A DNA stretch of 32,000 nt from Endozoicomonas sp. (GCA_965199185.1 CBDAQW010000004.1:169032-201031); one strand, 5' to 3'. Numbered from the stretch's first letter, positions 9,663 to 20,139 are shown. Notes: generated by a model not told the origin, from the sequence alone. A program made the numbers and translations.

Positions 9663-9936
9663 AAACGCATATCAATAGAACAGTTTCACAGAGCGATCAA
9701 GCAAGTTTGTCATATCGAGCATTTTCAGGTGCGTAATGAGCGACCTGTGAGAAATCACATCTTTGCCAGTATTCTGAGTTTTGTTTATCTCCAGAAGATG
9801 CAGATAGCGCAGGAGTTTACGAATATATCAGCACCAACGAGGGCTGTTTAAAGAGGTGGTTGGTGAGTTTATTGGGATTTTCGCAAAAGGCAAAGATTAT
9901 CTGCTACCAAAATACGCCGGTGTCATCAATGCGTAA
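9663..9936 (+). pseudogene. C-terminal remnant of the outer IS701-like transposase, frameshifted
   Basis: One frame reads ISIEQFHRAIKQVCHIEHFQVRNERPVRNHIFASILSFVYLQKMQIAQEF; another continues YQHQRGLFKEVVGEFIGIFAKGKDYLLPKYAGVINA*, ending next to the right inverted repeat. Confidence 0.65.
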
Positions 9937-10215
9937 GTCCTATGGATTGAGGGTGTTTTAAAGGTTGATCTGGACTTGCTGGATAGGGTTGCCTATTAAT
10001 CCTTGGTTCCCATTGTCTCCCGTTGAAATACCTATTAGTAATGAATCACACTCCCACGCTGGAGCATTGGAGCGAGTTGTACGGTTATTTTTTCTGCCGG
10101 TAAGCAGGGAACCCCCTTGTGGCGCATGGGTGCTAACAGGGCTTTGCTTAAAGGTTTTTCCTAAATCACAGTCACGGAATGATGACAAAATGCACACACC
10201 CACTATACTGCCCGT

Positions 10216-10494
10216 ATGAAATGCTTTAACTGGAACGCTGATAAGAATCAGCAGCTGATCAAGCAACGGAGCCTGTCGTTTGAAGAGATTATTTTCCATA
10301 TCCAGAATGGCAACTTAATGGACGATATTGCCCATCCCAATCAGCAAAATTACGCACACCAGCGGCTGTTTGTGGTGAATGTGCAGGGTTATATCTGGCT
10401 GGTGCCCTATGTGGAGAGCGAGACGGAGATATTTCTAAAAACCCTGATACCAAGACGCAAGTTTACCCGTGATTACCTAGGAGCCAAGCCATGA
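10216..10494 (+). CDS. brnT: BrnT-like toxin
   Basis: MKCFNWNADKNQQLIKQRSLSFEEIIFHIQNGNLMDDIAHPNQQNYAHQRLFVVNVQGYIWLVPYVESETEIFLKTLIPRRKFTRDYLG has the BrnT layout (F.W...K......R..SFEE). It overlaps the downstream ORF by 4 nt (ATGA, 10491-10494). Confidence 0.72.
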   Translation: MKCFNWNADKNQQLIKQRSLSFEEIIFHIQNGNLMDDIAHPNQQNYAHQRLFVVNVQGYIWLVPYVESETEIFLKTLIPRRKFTRDYLGAKP

Positions 10495-10775
10495 AAAAAA
10501 CAAGACTGGATCAAGACGAACAGGCACTGCTGGATGCCTTTGAAACCGGGGATTATGAATCCACCCTGACCGATGAGCGCAAAACCGCGCTGGTACACGC
10601 GGCCAGTGAGACGTTCAAAAAGGATAAGCGAATTAATATTCGCATCTCCCAGCGGGATCTGATGGCCATTCAATCACGGGCACAGCGGGAAGGCATTCCT
10701 TACCAGACACTGGTGTCCAGCATTATTCACAAGTACCTGTCCGGCTCACTGCTGGATGCCTCTGCCCGCTCCTGA
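10491..10775 (+). CDS. brnA: BrnA-like / CopG-type antitoxin
   Basis: 94 aa: KKDKRINIRISQRDLMAIQSRAQREGIPYQTLVSSIIHKYLSGSL is a ribbon-helix-helix-like C-terminal domain; translationally coupled to the BrnT-like ORF. Confidence 0.72.
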   Translation: MKKTRLDQDEQALLDAFETGDYESTLTDERKTALVHAASETFKKDKRINIRISQRDLMAIQSRAQREGIPYQTLVSSIIHKYLSGSLLDASARS

Positions 10776-10780
10776 TTTGA

Positions 10781-10804
10781 AACCGGCGCAAAACTGCGCC
10801 GGTT
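10781..10804. terminator. Hairpin downstream of the toxin-antitoxin pair
   Basis: AACCGGCGCA-AAAC-TGCGCCGGTT perfect 10-bp stem; no U tract. Confidence 0.45.
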
Positions 10805-10970
10805 AACCCAACGGCTCGCAGCTGGCCGCATTTTCGTTTCCCTCGATACATTTAACCGCTTCAATCTTCCCAACCAACGCCCGATGCTGCTCCGGCGTTT
10901 TTGGCCTGCGGGCTTGAAGCGCTTCCAGTTCTATTTCCAACTCCAGCAATGCTTTTTCGTTGATTGTCAT
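10803..10970 (-). CDS. Small hypothetical protein (55 aa)
   Basis: Manual translation: MTINEKALLELEIELEALQARRPKTPEQHRALVGKIEAVKCIEGNENAASCEPLG*. Below the length cutoff of the ORF track. Confidence 0.4.
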   Translation of the reverse strand: MTINEKALLELEIELEALQARRPKTPEQHRALVGKIEAVKCIEGNENAASCEPLG

Positions 10971-11175
10971 TCTTATTCCTTCGGGCTTACTTTGGTCAGT
11001 TCAAAACCTTTGCCAGTGTTGGTCAGAAGCCCCTGTTCAACCAACTGATCAAATACGCCTTTCACTTCTGATAGTGCTTTGCGCTGGCTGACAGGGTGAC
11101 CAAAATCACCGTTAAAGATGCGTTGCTCTAAGCATTACAGCTTTTCTTGATCAGTACGGTACAGAAGAACAATGC

Positions 11176-11287
11176 AGAATGACAGCTAGTAGAGGTTTTG
11201 TGCACTCTGCTGTCATCCTTTACAGGGACTGTACGGGATCTACGTGGCATGGATAGCCATGTTGAAATTAAAAGTCACACATCGGGT
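11176..11287 (-). repeat. MITE-like palindromic element, copy E (truncated on its left side)
   Basis: AGAATGACAGCTAGTAGAGGTTTTGTGCACTCTGCTGTCATCCTTTACAGGGACTGTACGGGATC...GGCATGGATAGCCATGTTGAAATTAAAAGTCACACATCGGGT matches the reverse complement of the 18826-19008 element. Confidence 0.8.
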
Positions 11288-11289
11288 AA

Positions 11290-11492
11290 TGATTGGGAAT
11301 GTGAAGAGTTCTCTCAAGGGCAGTTATCACAGCATTAATCCAAAACACCTTCCACAATATCTTGCCGAGTTTTGTTATCGATTTAATCGGCGCTTTGATA
11401 TTGGGTCAATGTTAGAGCGCCTAGGATGCATGGCAGCACGGACGTATCCAATGCCGGAAAGACTTCTCAAGCTGGCTGAGGCTCAGTGGTAA
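11290..11492 (+). pseudogene. C-terminal fragment of an IS1595-family (ISXO2-like) transposase
   Basis: GNVKSSLKGSYHSINPKHLPQYLAEFCYRFNRRFDIGSMLERL is the characteristic ISXO2-type C-terminal motif; no upstream transposase body. Confidence 0.72.
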
Positions 11493-11675
11493 TCAGGAAA
11501 ACTTTTATATGGAATAGAACACACTGAACTGTTAATGCCTGTAGCGTTATGCTGATGATTAAAATGCGTAACGATAAACGACTTTCAGCAAGTGCGAGCA
11601 TGGTTTTATCTTGGAGAGATACTTATAATCAGCACCATTCTCAGCACTCTCTCTATTTTTACAGAAGCAACCACA

Positions 11676-12995
11676 ATGAAAGTAACCGTTTTCGGCATCG
11701 GCTATGTAGGTCTGGTGCAAGCCGCCATCCTCGCAGAAGTGGGCCATGATGTTATCTGCATCGATATCGATCAGAACAAAGTTGATAACCTCAAAAAAGG
11801 CATTATCCCCATCTACGAGCCGGGTCTGGAGCCTATCGTTAAAGAGAATTATGAAGCTGGCAGGCTGAATTTCACCACCAATGCCAGAGAAGGCATTGAG
11901 CATGGGCAGCTTCAGTTTATCGCAGTGGGCACACCACCCGATGAAGATGGCTCTGCGGATCTGCAATATGTTCTGGCTGTGGCTGAAACGATCGCTTCAC
12001 ACATGGACGATCCAAAGATCATTATCAACAAGTCTACGGTTCCGGTGGGTACTGCGGATAAGGTGTCCGCCAAAGTTCGTGACGTGTTAGCCGCTCGTGG
12101 CGTTAGTACCGAGTTTCATGTGGCTTCTAATCCTGAGTTTCTGAAAGAAGGTGCAGCAGTTAATGATTGCATGAAGCCTGATCGTATTGTGGTCGGTACC
12201 GACAGTTCTCTGGTGATGGAAGCCATGCGTGAGTTGTACGCGCCGTTTAACCGTAATCATGATCGTATGATTTTTATGGATGTTCGCAGTGCGGAGCTGA
12301 CCAAGTACGCTGCTAACTGCATGCTCGCCACCAAGATCAGCTTTATGAATGAGATGTCTAATCTGGCTGAACAGTTGGGCGCTGATATTGAGATGGTGCG
12401 TCAGGGAATTGGTTCTGACCCACGGATTGGTTATCACTTTATTTATCCTGGCTGTGGCTATGGCGGCTCTTGTTTTCCTAAAGATGTTCAGGCACTTAAA
12501 CGTACCGCTGAAGAGATTGGCTTTGAACCTCTGATGCTGAATGCGGTTGAAGAACGTAATGCTCGCCAGAAGGGTGTTTTGTTCCAGAAACTGCAATCTC
12601 ACTTTGATGGACAACTCGAAGGTAAGACCATTGCGTTGTGGGGGCTTTCTTTCAAACCGAATACGGATGATATGCGGGATGCACCGAGCCGTGTGCTGAT
12701 GCAAGCGTTATGGGAGGCCGGCGTTCAGGTGAAGGCCTATGACCCTGAAGCGATGGAAGAAGCTCAGCGCATTTATGGCATTAAAGACAATCTGCAACTG
12801 TGCGGTACGGCTCAGGCGGCACTGAAAGGGGCGGATGCTTTGGTGATTTGTACTGAATGGAAGCAGTTCCGTGCGCCTGATTTTGAAGAGATGAGTGCTT
12901 TGCTGAATCAGCCGGTGGTGATTGACGGTCGTAATATGTATGAACCGTCTCGCATGACAGCCAAAGGCTTTACCTATTATGCGATTGGTCGCTGA
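11676..12995 (+). CDS. ugd: UDP-glucose 6-dehydrogenase
   Basis: [32 protein letters not shown]; [23 protein letters not shown]; [18 protein letters not shown]; [19 protein letters not shown]. Confidence 0.95.
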   Translation: MKVTVFGIGYVGLVQAAILAEVGHDVICIDIDQNKVDNLKKGIIPIYEPGLEPIVKENYEAGRLNFTTNAREGIEHGQLQFIAVGTPPDEDGSADLQYVLAVAETIASHMDDPKIIINKSTVPVGTADKVSAKVRDVLAARGVSTEFHVASNPEFLKEGAAVNDCMKPDRIVVGTDSSLVMEAMRELYAPFNRNHDRMIFMDVRSAELTKYAANCMLATKISFMNEMSNLAEQLGADIEMVRQGIGSDPRIGYHFIYPGCGYGGSCFPKDVQALKRTAEEIGFEPLMLNAVEERNARQKGVLFQKLQSHFDGQLEGKTIALWGLSFKPNTDDMRDAPSRVLMQALWEAGVQVKAYDPEAMEEAQRIYGIKDNLQLCGTAQAALKGADALVICTEWKQFRAPDFEEMSALLNQPVVIDGRNMYEPSRMTAKGFTYYAIGR

Positions 12996-13125
12996 TCTTT
13001 AGTGGGTTCTGGCTGTCTATTCTTATCCGGTTTTGTTTGGCAAAGCCGGATTTAACCCAGTTACCCGATGCGTGACTCTTAATTTCAACATGGCTATCCA
13101 TACTGCGTGGATCCCGTACAATCCC

Positions 13126-13232
13126 GAAGCTGTCGCAACAGCTGCTTATGCGCTTTTTTTTCAGCATTTCATGCTGATTGTCGGCTTCCTGTTCCACAGG
13201 AAACCGACCTACATTAATTTTGCGACAGCCTC
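13126..13232 (+). repeat. Second palindromic element inserted in copy B
   Basis: GCTGTCGCAA (13129-13138) / TTGCGACAGC (13220-13229), flanked by direct ATCCC (13121-13125 and 13233-13237). Homologous to 229-386 with an internal deletion of about 50 bp. Confidence 0.75.
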
Positions 13233-13301
13233 ATCCCTGTTCGAGATGACAGCAGACTGAAGCCGTCATTCTGTACAGGGATTGTACAGAATCCATAAGC
13301 C

Positions 13302-13425
13302 AACCCGATGTGTGACTTTTAATTTCAACATGGCTATCCATGCCACGTGGATCCCGTACAGGGAGTGTACAGAACCCATAAGCCATGGATTGGCAACCTA
13401 CGAGATAAAAGTCACATATCGGGTT
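13302..13425 (+). repeat. MITE-like element copy C, inserted into the right arm of copy B
   Basis: AACCCGATGTGTGACTTTTA ... AAAAGTCACATATCGGGTT, flanked by direct AAGCC (13297-13301 and 13426-13430). The right arm of copy B resumes after it. Confidence 0.85.
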
Positions 13426-13490
13426 AAGCCATGGATCGACAACCATCATGATAAAAGTCACACATCGGGTTCCAGTATTAAGGTGCAAGC

Positions 13491-14489
13491 ATGAAATACC
13501 TGATAACCGGCGCTGCCGGTTTTATTGGTTTTTACACCGCCAAACGGCTCTGTGAAATGGGTCATGAGGTGGTTGGTTTAGATAATCTGAACGACTATTA
13601 CGATGTCAGCCTGAAGCGTGGTCGTCTTGAACAGCTGAGCCTTCTCAGCAACTTTCGCTTTGTAGAGATGGATCTGGCTGATCGTGAAGGCATTGCCGGG
13701 CTGTTTAAAGCCGAGCAATTCAAACGTGTTATTCATCTTGCTGCTCAGGCCGGTGTGCGTTATTCCATTGAGAACCCAATGGCTTACATCGACAGCAACC
13801 TGGTCGGGCATGCAACAATTCTGGAGGGTTGCCGTCATAACGATGTTGAACACCTGGTCTATGCTTCTTCCAGCTCTGTTTACGGCATGAACACTAAAAT
13901 GCCCTTCTCCACGGAAGATGCGGTGGATCACCCGGTATCGCTGTATGCAGCTACTAAAAAATCCAATGAATTAATGTCTCACACCTATTCGCACCTGTAT
14001 GGATTGCCTACCACAGGTTTGAGATTCTTTACTGTCTACGGCCCTTGGGGTCGTCCGGATATGGCTTACTTTAAATTCACTCAGATGATTCAACGTGGGG
14101 AAGCCATTCCAATCTTTAACGAAGGCAAGCTGAAGCGCGATTTCACCTATATTGACGATATTGTGGAAGGCGTTGTGCGGATTCAGGATGTGATTCCATC
14201 TGGCTCAGAGAACTTTAATAACAGCGATCCAAGCCGGAGCTCTGCGCCGTTCCGGGTATTTAATATCGGTAACAATCAGCCCGTTGAGCTGATGTCATTT
14301 ATTGAAGCACTGGAAGATGCTATTGGCATGAAAGCTGAGAAGACGTTCCTGCCTATGCAGCCCGGTGATGTTTACGCCACCTATGCGGATGTGGATGATT
14401 TGATGAATACGGTAGGTTTTAAACCGAAGACCACGATTCAGGAAGGGCTGTCATCCTTTGCCCACTGGTATAAAGACTGGGCTCACTGA
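13491..14489 (+). CDS. NAD-dependent UDP-sugar epimerase, probable UDP-glucuronate 4-epimerase
   Basis: MKYLITGAAGFIGFYTAKRLCEMGHEVVGLDNLNDYYDVSLKRGRL; YASSSSVYGMNTKMPFSTEDAVDHPVSLYAATKKSNELM; TVYGPWGRPDMA. Confidence 0.9.
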   Translation: MKYLITGAAGFIGFYTAKRLCEMGHEVVGLDNLNDYYDVSLKRGRLEQLSLLSNFRFVEMDLADREGIAGLFKAEQFKRVIHLAAQAGVRYSIENPMAYIDSNLVGHATILEGCRHNDVEHLVYASSSSVYGMNTKMPFSTEDAVDHPVSLYAATKKSNELMSHTYSHLYGLPTTGLRFFTVYGPWGRPDMAYFKFTQMIQRGEAIPIFNEGKLKRDFTYIDDIVEGVVRIQDVIPSGSENFNNSDPSRSSAPFRVFNIGNNQPVELMSFIEALEDAIGMKAEKTFLPMQPGDVYATYADVDDLMNTVGFKPKTTIQEGLSSFAHWYKDWAH

Positions 14490-14506
14490 GTTCTCTATAT
14501 TCTCTG

Positions 14507-14530
14507 GCTCCCATACTCCAGGGTGGGAGC
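14507..14530. terminator. Hairpin between convergent genes
   Basis: GCTCCCA ... TGGGAGC 7-bp stem just after the epimerase stop. Confidence 0.4.
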
Positions 14531-14540
14531 TGTCAGACGC

Positions 14541-15002
14541 TTATAAATCCATGCCACCACTCAAAGAAACCTCACGGATTGATACCTCAAATGGCAACCC
14601 TCCGGAAAAATGAAACTGCTCTTCAGTCACCGCGTTATCATAAGTCACTTCGTAAAGCAGTATGAACGGCAGCTCCAGTCCCTTCCGCCACAATCGATAG
14701 TCAGCATGCCAGCCAATAAAACGGTGAGAACGGTATTCACCGAGCTCCTGGGTCAGTAGTGGATAATAAATCGACTTGTTTTTACCCGTTGTGGTAATCC
14801 AGCGGTCAGCGGTATGAATGACCAGGACTTTTTCTTCCTGTGAAGCACTTGAAAGAAACTGATCGACGGCTCTCTGATAAACATATTGTTTGCTAAGAGT
14901 TACAGCTATCAGTCCCAGAACGATTAACAAAGCAATAATCAGACAGCGTGAAAGCCAGGAAAAATAAGTATTACCTATAATTATTGTATTTTTTATAACC
15001 AT
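14541..15002 (-). CDS. Hypothetical protein with one N-terminal transmembrane segment
   Basis: MVIKNTIIIGNTYFSWLSRCLIIALLIVLGLIAVTL... from ATG at 15002; the ORF-track start at 15113 is less likely. Confidence 0.55.
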   Translation of the reverse strand: MVIKNTIIIGNTYFSWLSRCLIIALLIVLGLIAVTLSKQYVYQRAVDQFLSSASQEEKVLVIHTADRWITTTGKNKSIYYPLLTQELGEYRSHRFIGWHADYRLWRKGLELPFILLYEVTYDNAVTEEQFHFSGGLPFEVSIREVSLSGGMDL

Positions 15003-15235
15003 TTCTGTTATCCAAATTATTTTTCGTGCAGATGGTTGGAAAGGGCAAGTAACTTGCGACTGAGTTGTGACATCAGCCAATATAGATATGTCGGCTGGGT
15101 ATTTGATTAGCAAAGCTCCGAGGGTTATCTACTCTTATTAAAAGAGCTATCTGGCATAGCCGTCATTGTTAGCTGGCTTATTTTGGATGTAGTTTTCCAC
15201 TGATGAGCTTTCCCCCGTAATTAGAGGACAGGATT

Positions 15236-15679
15236 ATGAAGACAAGGATGTCGAGAATGGTTGGCTTTACGCTGATCGAATTGATGATCGTAGTGGCTAT
15301 CATCGGTATTTTGGCGGCGGTGGCTGTTCCCCAGTATCAGAACTACACCCGGAACGCTACCGTTAATGCGGCATTGAACGAAGCTAATCAGTTTAAAACA
15401 GCGGTTGCTGTTTGTGCCCAGACGAACGCAATTACTGATTGTGATGCTCCAACTGGAACCCAGACAAACACCACAGGTATTCCTACTACACCAAGAAATA
15501 CCATCCAGAGTGTTGTAGATGGCGTGATTATTATCCGTCCCGGTGGTTCTTTTGGTACGCAGCAGATGACTTACTCCCCTGACTCAACTGGCACCATCTG
15601 GACACTGACCTGTTCTACCTGTTCTGGTGATCCAAACCTTTCTCAAAATCAGGCGTTTATCAATAGTCCGGATTCTTAA
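15236..15679 (+). CDS. pilA: Type IV pilin (PilA-like major pilin)
   Basis: Prepilin peptidase site [32 protein letters not shown] and C-terminal Cys pair (TCSTCS). Confidence 0.9.
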   Translation: MKTRMSRMVGFTLIELMIVVAIIGILAAVAVPQYQNYTRNATVNAALNEANQFKTAVAVCAQTNAITDCDAPTGTQTNTTGIPTTPRNTIQSVVDGVIIIRPGGSFGTQQMTYSPDSTGTIWTLTCSTCSGDPNLSQNQAFINSPDS

Positions 15680-15723
15680 AAGCAAAACTTTCAAATGATA
15701 TTCCTGCATCAACTGCGGGGATA

Positions 15724-17379
<1,656 letters not shown>

Positions 17380-17492
17380 TCATTAAAAAGGCTTAACCGG
17401 AAACATCGGCGCAGTCAGATAAAAGCCAATAGGTAAAATGTTGGTTAACGATTTTTTATTGTATCCTCCACTTCTGAATTCAGGCTCTATGG

Positions 17493-18647
17493 TTATCTGT
17501 CCTTCGGATGGAAGCCAACCATACTCAACAAGCATTTCAGTTTTTCGAGTCTTTCTGCTCTTAACCGATCACCGACTTCCCGACCTTTGATGCCTTGCGT
17601 GACAATATCCCGGGCGTTTATGGCAAGAAGGTCATGCAGGTGATTGATGCATTGCTTGAAGAGTGGTTCAGTGACTTTTTTAGTGTTTTTTTCAGAGTTG
17701 ATGAAGGATATGCAGGTCAGTAAATCCTTAAACCGTTCAGGGCGACGAATAGCATCGGTCTGTTCGTACAAACGCATCCAGGCTTCTGCATTCCGGGTTG
17801 GCAGAATATCCGGAACCGTTGCACCGTATTGAACCACCAATGCCGCCATCTCGGTAAAGGCTGCGGGTAAACGCATCCGCCCGGACATTGCCTGAACCAC
17901 TGGCAAACTCTCAACATCACCGGCAAACAGACAACCGAAACGAACGACATCGCTAGCCTGATGGTTAGCCGCCGCCTGCAGGTTGTTTAAGTTGTCTGAA
18001 TTATGGATGAAGGTATGAATTTCCGGCAGAACAACGGATAAAGCACCGCACTCTTCCAGTATTTTGAAATAGATGTCCGGTGCTGGTTCCATCAAAGCAC
18101 GAACGGTTTCCTGCCAGACTCGCTCCGCCACAAGATGAGAAGCTTCACCCGATGTGACCATGCTTTTCATTAATTCCATGGTTTCATTAGCAACAGTAAA
18201 TCCCAGTGAATGAAAGCGGGCGGCAAAACGTGCTACCCGCAAAATCCGCAGAGGGTCTTCCTGAAATGCCGGTGAAACATGACGTAATTGCTGTTGTTGA
18301 ATGTCTTTCTGCCCCTGATAAGGGTCAATCAGGTTACCCTGTTCGTCTTCAGCAATGGCGTTAATGGTCAGATCACGGCGAATTAAATCTTCTTCAATAC
18401 TGACATCCGCCGCAGTATGAAAGACAAAGCCAGCATAGCCATGACCGGATTTTCGCTCTGTTCGGGCCAGAGCGTATTCTTCGTTAGTATCAGGGTGCAG
18501 AAATACCGGGAAATCCTTTCCGACGGGTCTGTAGCCCAGTCTTTTCATACGCTGAGGCGTGGTTCCGGTCACTACCCAGTCGTTATCTTTTACCGGTAAT
18601 CCCAGCAGTTTGTCTCGAACGGCTCCGCCGACCAGATAAATCTTCAT
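17493..18647 (-). CDS. cca: CCA tRNA nucleotidyltransferase
   Basis: MKIYLVGGAVRDKLLGLPVKDNDWVVTG; SIEEDLIRRDLTINAIA; ...EDPLRILRVARFAARF. Confidence 0.95.
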   Translation of the reverse strand: MKIYLVGGAVRDKLLGLPVKDNDWVVTGTTPQRMKRLGYRPVGKDFPVFLHPDTNEEYALARTERKSGHGYAGFVFHTAADVSIEEDLIRRDLTINAIAEDEQGNLIDPYQGQKDIQQQQLRHVSPAFQEDPLRILRVARFAARFHSLGFTVANETMELMKSMVTSGEASHLVAERVWQETVRALMEPAPDIYFKILEECGALSVVLPEIHTFIHNSDNLNNLQAAANHQASDVVRFGCLFAGDVESLPVVQAMSGRMRLPAAFTEMAALVVQYGATVPDILPTRNAEAWMRLYEQTDAIRRPERFKDLLTCISFINSEKNTKKVTEPLFKQCINHLHDLLAINARDIVTQGIKGREVGDRLRAERLEKLKCLLSMVGFHPKDR

Positions 18648-18825
18648 GTATGACTCTTGGGAGGAAAACTGAACTATCAGTGTATGGCACTTGCTGATTA
18701 TTAGAAACAGGAGAATTTTTTTCTCTAAAACTGAATTAATAAAGATTCAAATACTCAAAAAGAAGAACTATTGAGAATATTTGAAATATTTTTCTATGAA
18801 TTAGTTTGTAAACTTTAGTTATTTA

Positions 18826-19008
18826 AACCCGATGTGTGACTTTTAATTTCAACATGGCTATCCATGCCACGTGGATCCCGTACAGTCCCTGTACGGGATG
18901 ACAGCAGAGTGCACCAAACCTCTACTAGCTGTCATTCTGTACAGGGAGTGTACAGAACCCATAAGCCATGGATTGGCAACCTACGAGATAAAAGTCACAC
19001 ATCGGGTT
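18826..19008 (+). repeat. MITE-like palindromic element, copy D (best-preserved, 183 bp)
   Basis: 20-bp perfect terminal inverted repeats AACCCGATGTGTGACTTTTA (18826-18845) / TAAAAGTCACACATCGGGTT (18989-19008). Direct ATTTA at 18821-18825 and 19009-19013. Internal palindromes ATCCCGTACAG-TCC-CTGTACGGGAT and ATGACAGC/GCTGTCAT. Confidence 0.9.
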
Positions 19009-19049
19009 ATTTAAGTCAGTTAATAAATATCAAACAAGGGAAACGCGAT

Positions 19050-20117
19050 ATGAAATGCCACGAGTGGATAAATCAGGCCATCCGGAAGATAGAAGCGGAC
19101 TTTCAGCGCAGTGCTGATACGCATTTGATCAAGCTCGATCTACCCATGCTCAACGGCATTGATCTGTATCTCAAAGATGAAAGTACACACCCCACCGGCA
19201 GCCTCAAACACCGCTTGGCACGTTCCCTGTTTTTATACGGTATCTGTAATGGCTGGATTGACCATAATACCACAGTCATTGAGTCTTCATCTGGTAGCAC
19301 TGCTGTTTCTGAAGCCTATTTTGCCCGCTTGCTGGGCTTGCCGTTTATCGCTGTTATGCCTAAAAGCACATCGGCCAAAAAAATCAGTAAGATTGAATTT
19401 TATGGCGGTCAATGCCATCTAGTGGATCACTCCAGCCAGATTTATGCAGAATCCCAGCGTCTCGCCAAAGAGCTGAATGGGCACTATATGGATCAGTTCA
19501 CCTACGCAGAGCGAGCAACCGACTGGCGAGGTAACAACAACATTGCTAATTCCATTTTTAACCAGATGAAAGCTGAGCCGCACCCTGTGCCAGATTATGT
19601 AGTCATGAGTCCGGGCACCGGCGGTACATCGGCGACCATAGGTCGTTTCATCCGTTATCAGAAACTGAATACCAAACTCTGTGTGGTTGACCCGGATCAC
19701 TCAGTATTTATGGATTACTTCAATACCGGCGATACCAGCCTGACGATTGATAAGGGATCACGAATAGAAGGCATTGGTCGTCCAAGGGTTGAACCCTCTT
19801 TCATTCCCGGCGTCATTGATGAGATGCGTCGTATACCCGATGCTGCTGCCATTGCCACTATTCACTGGCTTGAGAATATTATTGGTCGCAAAGCTGGCCC
19901 TAGCACTGGCACCAATCTCTACGGCGCACTGCAAATTGCCAGCGAAATGAAGGCCAGAGGGGAAACCGGTTCAGTGGTGACTTTGTTATGCGACAGTGGT
20001 GAGCGTTATCTGGATACCTGTTATAACCCGGAATGGGTAGCAGCCAACATCGGTGAGACCAGCCGTTGGGAAGATTATCTGGCGACGTTTGAAAAGAACG
20101 GATACCTTCCCTCATAG
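19050..20117 (+). CDS. PLP-dependent cysteine synthase family protein (possibly Cds1-like cysteine desulfhydrase)
   Basis: [22 protein letters not shown] (PLP lysine context), [42 protein letters not shown]. Start set at ATG 19050; the track ORF starts inside the MITE. Confidence 0.82.
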   Translation: MKCHEWINQAIRKIEADFQRSADTHLIKLDLPMLNGIDLYLKDESTHPTGSLKHRLARSLFLYGICNGWIDHNTTVIESSSGSTAVSEAYFARLLGLPFIAVMPKSTSAKKISKIEFYGGQCHLVDHSSQIYAESQRLAKELNGHYMDQFTYAERATDWRGNNNIANSIFNQMKAEPHPVPDYVVMSPGTGGTSATIGRFIRYQKLNTKLCVVDPDHSVFMDYFNTGDTSLTIDKGSRIEGIGRPRVEPSFIPGVIDEMRRIPDAAAIATIHWLENIIGRKAGPSTGTNLYGALQIASEMKARGETGSVVTLLCDSGERYLDTCYNPEWVAANIGETSRWEDYLATFEKNGYLPS

Positions 20118-20139
20118 TCAGCAATGTAAGAGTCTGCAC

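Larger units (their letters stand above)
8032..9942 (+). mobile_element. Decayed insertion sequence (IS701-like DDE transposase) with perfect 17-bp terminal inverted repeats, interrupted by an IS630-family element
   Basis: TAGGACTTACGCATTGA (8032-8048) is exactly inverted as TCAATGCGTAAGTCCTA (9926-9942). Transposase N-terminal part lies at the left and C-terminal part at the right. Confidence 0.8.
13062..13471 (+). repeat. MITE-like element copy B, containing both an inner element and copy C
   Basis: TACCCGATG...CATCGGGTT ends flanked by direct CCAGT (13057-13061 and 13472-13476). Confidence 0.82.

Noticed and set aside
9958-10299. Overlapping ORFs on both strands upstream of the BrnT-like gene
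   Set aside because: Mutually overlapping, no recognisable family and compositionally implausible. The segment ACTCCCACGCTGGAGCATTGGAGCGAGT resembles a decayed palindrome, but the stem is too degenerate to call.
15120-15235. Sigma-54 (-24/-12) promoter upstream of the pilin gene
   Set aside because: TGGCATAGCCGTCATTG looked tempting, but the GG and GC elements are not at the required spacing; not supportable.
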